Assembly (NCBI GenBank): GCA_030141605.1 | Contig: JAQGDQ010000162.1 | Span: 406,257 to 470,256, forward strand | DNA: 64,000 nt | Direction of reading: 5' to 3' | DNA from: Tubiluchus corallicola | Lineage: Eukaryota > Animalia > Priapulida | In this document: positions 61,418 to 64,000 of the stretch, piece by piece | Position numbering within the stretch: the stretch's first letter is position 1 | Layout of the letters: the number at the start of each line of letters is the position of its first letter | Made by a program: the position numbers and the translations under genes | The notes under the pieces: generated by a model | Seen by the model: only the letters and a program-made list of their open reading frames with translations | The model's database searches: none | Told to the model about the DNA's origin: nothing

Positions 61418-61978
61418 TTAAAGGAAAGAACAAGTCACTCAGTCAGTACGCTGGGTTTATTTTCCAGTTATCACATAAACTTAGAAAAATATAACAGAGA
61501 AATTTGCAAAACTGCAAAACAGTCTGTAAAGCATAAATTTAAAATATACCATTTCTGAATAGAAATTGGTTGCCGGCATGCACTTGACGTAACAGGGAGA
61601 CTTCGTGAATTTTCGTAAGCGCGTCGTGTCTTTCCGTGACTGCGTGCTGCTCTGAGTAATTCAAACTTCTGCAGCTGACCAATGGTCCACGCAATCATAT
61701 TACAAAATTAGCTATCTATTTTTTGTAAAAACTTATACTTTTGATGAAGATTGACAGTGCGCTACTTTTCTTCAAGACGAATGACGTCATTGAAAGAAGA
61801 ATGGGTATTGAAAATGGGAGTACCCAAGCTTGAAGGGATCGCGACTTAAAGTGATTTTACTAATTACATGAGGCACTTATTGCAGTTTTATTCCTAAATC
61901 CTTCCTAATTCCTATAAATGCCTAAAACATTTTTCGCAAACATTGAAATAAGCCCAGAAGACTTGGTCTTTCCTTTAA
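61418..61978 (+). mobile_element. Kolobok-like non-autonomous element, family C, with near-perfect TIRs
   Basis: TTAA-AGGAAAGAACAAGTC ... GACTTGGTCTTTCCT-TTAA (15-bp TIR with 1 mismatch, TTAA target duplication). Confidence 0.85.
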
Positions 61979-63355
61979 ATTAGGCTTAGGAACCTAGTGC
62001 TTTTTGTTTTGATTTCTTTGTTATATTTCACCAAATTTGAAACAAATTCACTTCAGTACAAGAGAATTATATTTTTTTAAATATCTCTATACTACCATAA
62101 TGCCGAAAATCCTAATGCAGGGTAGTATGAGAACTATTATCTAGCAGCATTCATTTTCGTTCCTGCTGCCATCTAACGCTGATTTAGTCAGATTGTAAAT
62201 TTTTATGCCTAGTAAAATTTAATTTACAGGTGTACATGCATAACTGTAACATAAAACTAACCCAAACAAGGTTGCAACACTACGGATGTACATAACAGAG
62301 GAATAGCAAATTAGATCATGCTGAACTGACATGTAAATTATGTAAAGTTGAGAAGTGTGGACTCTCTGATCTGAAGTACAGTAAATGATAGAATACACAA
62401 GTTTTCGGAATGTCTACTTTATACACGAGTATACTTTTAAAATTCACTTCTTTTCTTCTTTTCATGCTTTAGTGAATGTGCTAAAATAGTGTAAGTTGTT
62501 TGAAATGCTTTTAATATTTAATCTGACATGACGCAAGTCATTGTAGCAAAAATCGCCACATAACATTTGTAAAAAATTGCTAATTGTAAAAATTGATTAG
62601 TCGTGATAAAACACGTTAGATAATACATTATGGAGAATAAATGTTCTATTGCTACTGTGTTCTATACTAGCTCAAATGCACAAAAAATTGCATGCATTTA
62701 TGGGTGGTTTTTACTGCTTAGTGATGTTGTTTTTGGTTAAAGCTCATATTGTTGTTGAAGATGTTATTGTTACTGCTTTTGTTGTTGTGGTTGTTGTTGT
62801 TGTTGCTGTTAATGCTATTGTTGTTGCCATAATTGTTGTGTTGTTGTTGTTGTTGCTGCTGTTGTCATTGTTGCTGCTGTTGCTGTTGTTGTTGTCGATG
62901 CTGCTGCTGTTGCTGTTGCCGTCGATGTTGTTGTTGTCATTGTTGTGTTGCTGCTGCTGTTGCTATGGCAGTCCCTGTTGTTTTTCTTGTGGTAAGCTTA
63001 ACAACTATTTCACCACTATTTTAGAAATCCTTTCATCTTCTGTATTACAGCTGCTTGTTTTTGCAAAGAAGTGACTAGGGCTCATGTGGTTTAATTTATC
63101 GTAAGTAATTATTAAACCAGTTTATTGTGAAAAAAACCGCCATTACGGCAAGTTTCGATGTTTGTACCAAGAGTCAAAACTAACGCACGACTCAGTATAC
63201 TGATGAGGTGAAGTGATCCAAATCTACTCTTTAAAGAAGTGTAGTCAAAGAATTTTTACTGATTTATGCATGAAAAATGGCCTCATGCTTACAACAATTA
63301 GCCTAATGTCTGATTCATTATAGAACGAGGTGCAGGAAAATTGTGAGTCAACCAT

Positions 63356-63421
63356 GATTTGAACCCAGTACCCCTGCTTTTATGGCATACGATCTAGCAC
63401 GATCTATAGCGTTTGAGCTAA
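63356..63421 (-). mobile_element. tRNA-derived SINE-like repeat (copy 3, head only)
   Basis: Reverse complement: tagctcaaacg..gatcgtatgccataaaagcaggggtactgggttcaaatc (A-box and B-box). Confidence 0.5.
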
Positions 63422-63781
63422 TAACTCATTATGGCAAGCTTGTCTGAGACCACCCTACACACACAATCAGTCAAAGCCGCATGTCTGCTACTATTATTTC
63501 AATGCACTCGCTAAGGGGTGGATTGTCTCATAGGCCTCTCCATCTTTGCGTTTTTTTTATTTTTATCAGTTTTTTGTGATATAACGGATTGAAAATTGAA
63601 TGCAATTTTGAAATAAGTAATATTGGAGAATCTGAAGAACTGAGTCAACAACACACGCACATACGCACCATCTCACACACACATGAATAAGCTTCAAGCT
63701 GGCGTGCTGAATATGTAAGTGTTTTCAATGTCATCACAAACATTGGAAACAATTTCAGCACAAAAACGAGATATTTTGTAG

Positions 63782-63977
63782 TTAACTGGAGATACTGAAT
63801 GGGCACTGGCTGCCCTGGAGGACGTGAAATCATGCTGTGACAAAGAACTCAGTCAAAATATCAGCACTTGGGAGGTTGAAGAAAAGAAGAATGGGACAGT
63901 CATATACAGTAAGCCGCCAGAAATAGAAGGCTCAATCTGCTATAATGAATGCAGTGGACACGGACAATGTGTGGAAG
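63782..63977 (+). CDS. Internal exon of a VWDE-like (von Willebrand D and EGF domain) protein
   Basis: ttttgtag|LTGDTEWALAALEDVKSCCDKELSQNISTWEVEEKKNGTVIYSKPPEIEGSICYNECSGHGQCVEG|gtaggt. The pattern W...A...C..E followed by C.N.CSG.G.C resembles the segment before the first EGF repeat of VWDE-type proteins. Confidence 0.7.
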
Positions 63978-64000
63978 GTAGGTGTTGTAAAAAATAAATA

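Noticed and set aside
63197-63230. Hammerhead ribozyme at CTGATGAG
   Set aside because: No GAAA core and no convincing stem II.

Overview
AT-rich, intron-rich animal genomic DNA, probably a marine invertebrate (taxon not determinable from the sequence), dense in microsatellites and non-autonomous transposons. Manual splice-site reading gives five gene models. (1) The 3' half of a GABA-B-receptor-like class C GPCR (+, 8 exons, 913-9610). (2) Two paralogous intronless class A GPCRs (-, 15147-16061 and 20086-21060). (3) A complete 17-exon, ~896-aa ionotropic glutamate receptor with a delta-like ATD and an atypical pore and ligand pocket (+, 23287-47736). (4) An alpha-arrestin-like single-exon ORF (+, 56046-57239). 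(5) One exon of a VWDE-like gene at the window end. A full-length U4 snRNA with its own promoter-like elements is nested in an iGluR intron (38449-38590). Repeats include three TTAA-flanked Kolobok-like families, Harbinger-like MITEs, Penelope-like relics with minimal hammerhead motifs, tRNA- and 5S-derived SINE relics, LINE and Tc1 relics, and an 89-bp intronic tandem repeat carrying 13 perfect p53-type half-sites. Most ORFs in the supplied track are microsatellite artefacts. I found no clearly new multi-gene system; the best leads are unusual receptor variants and non-coding elements. All alignments were done by eye against remembered consensus sequences.
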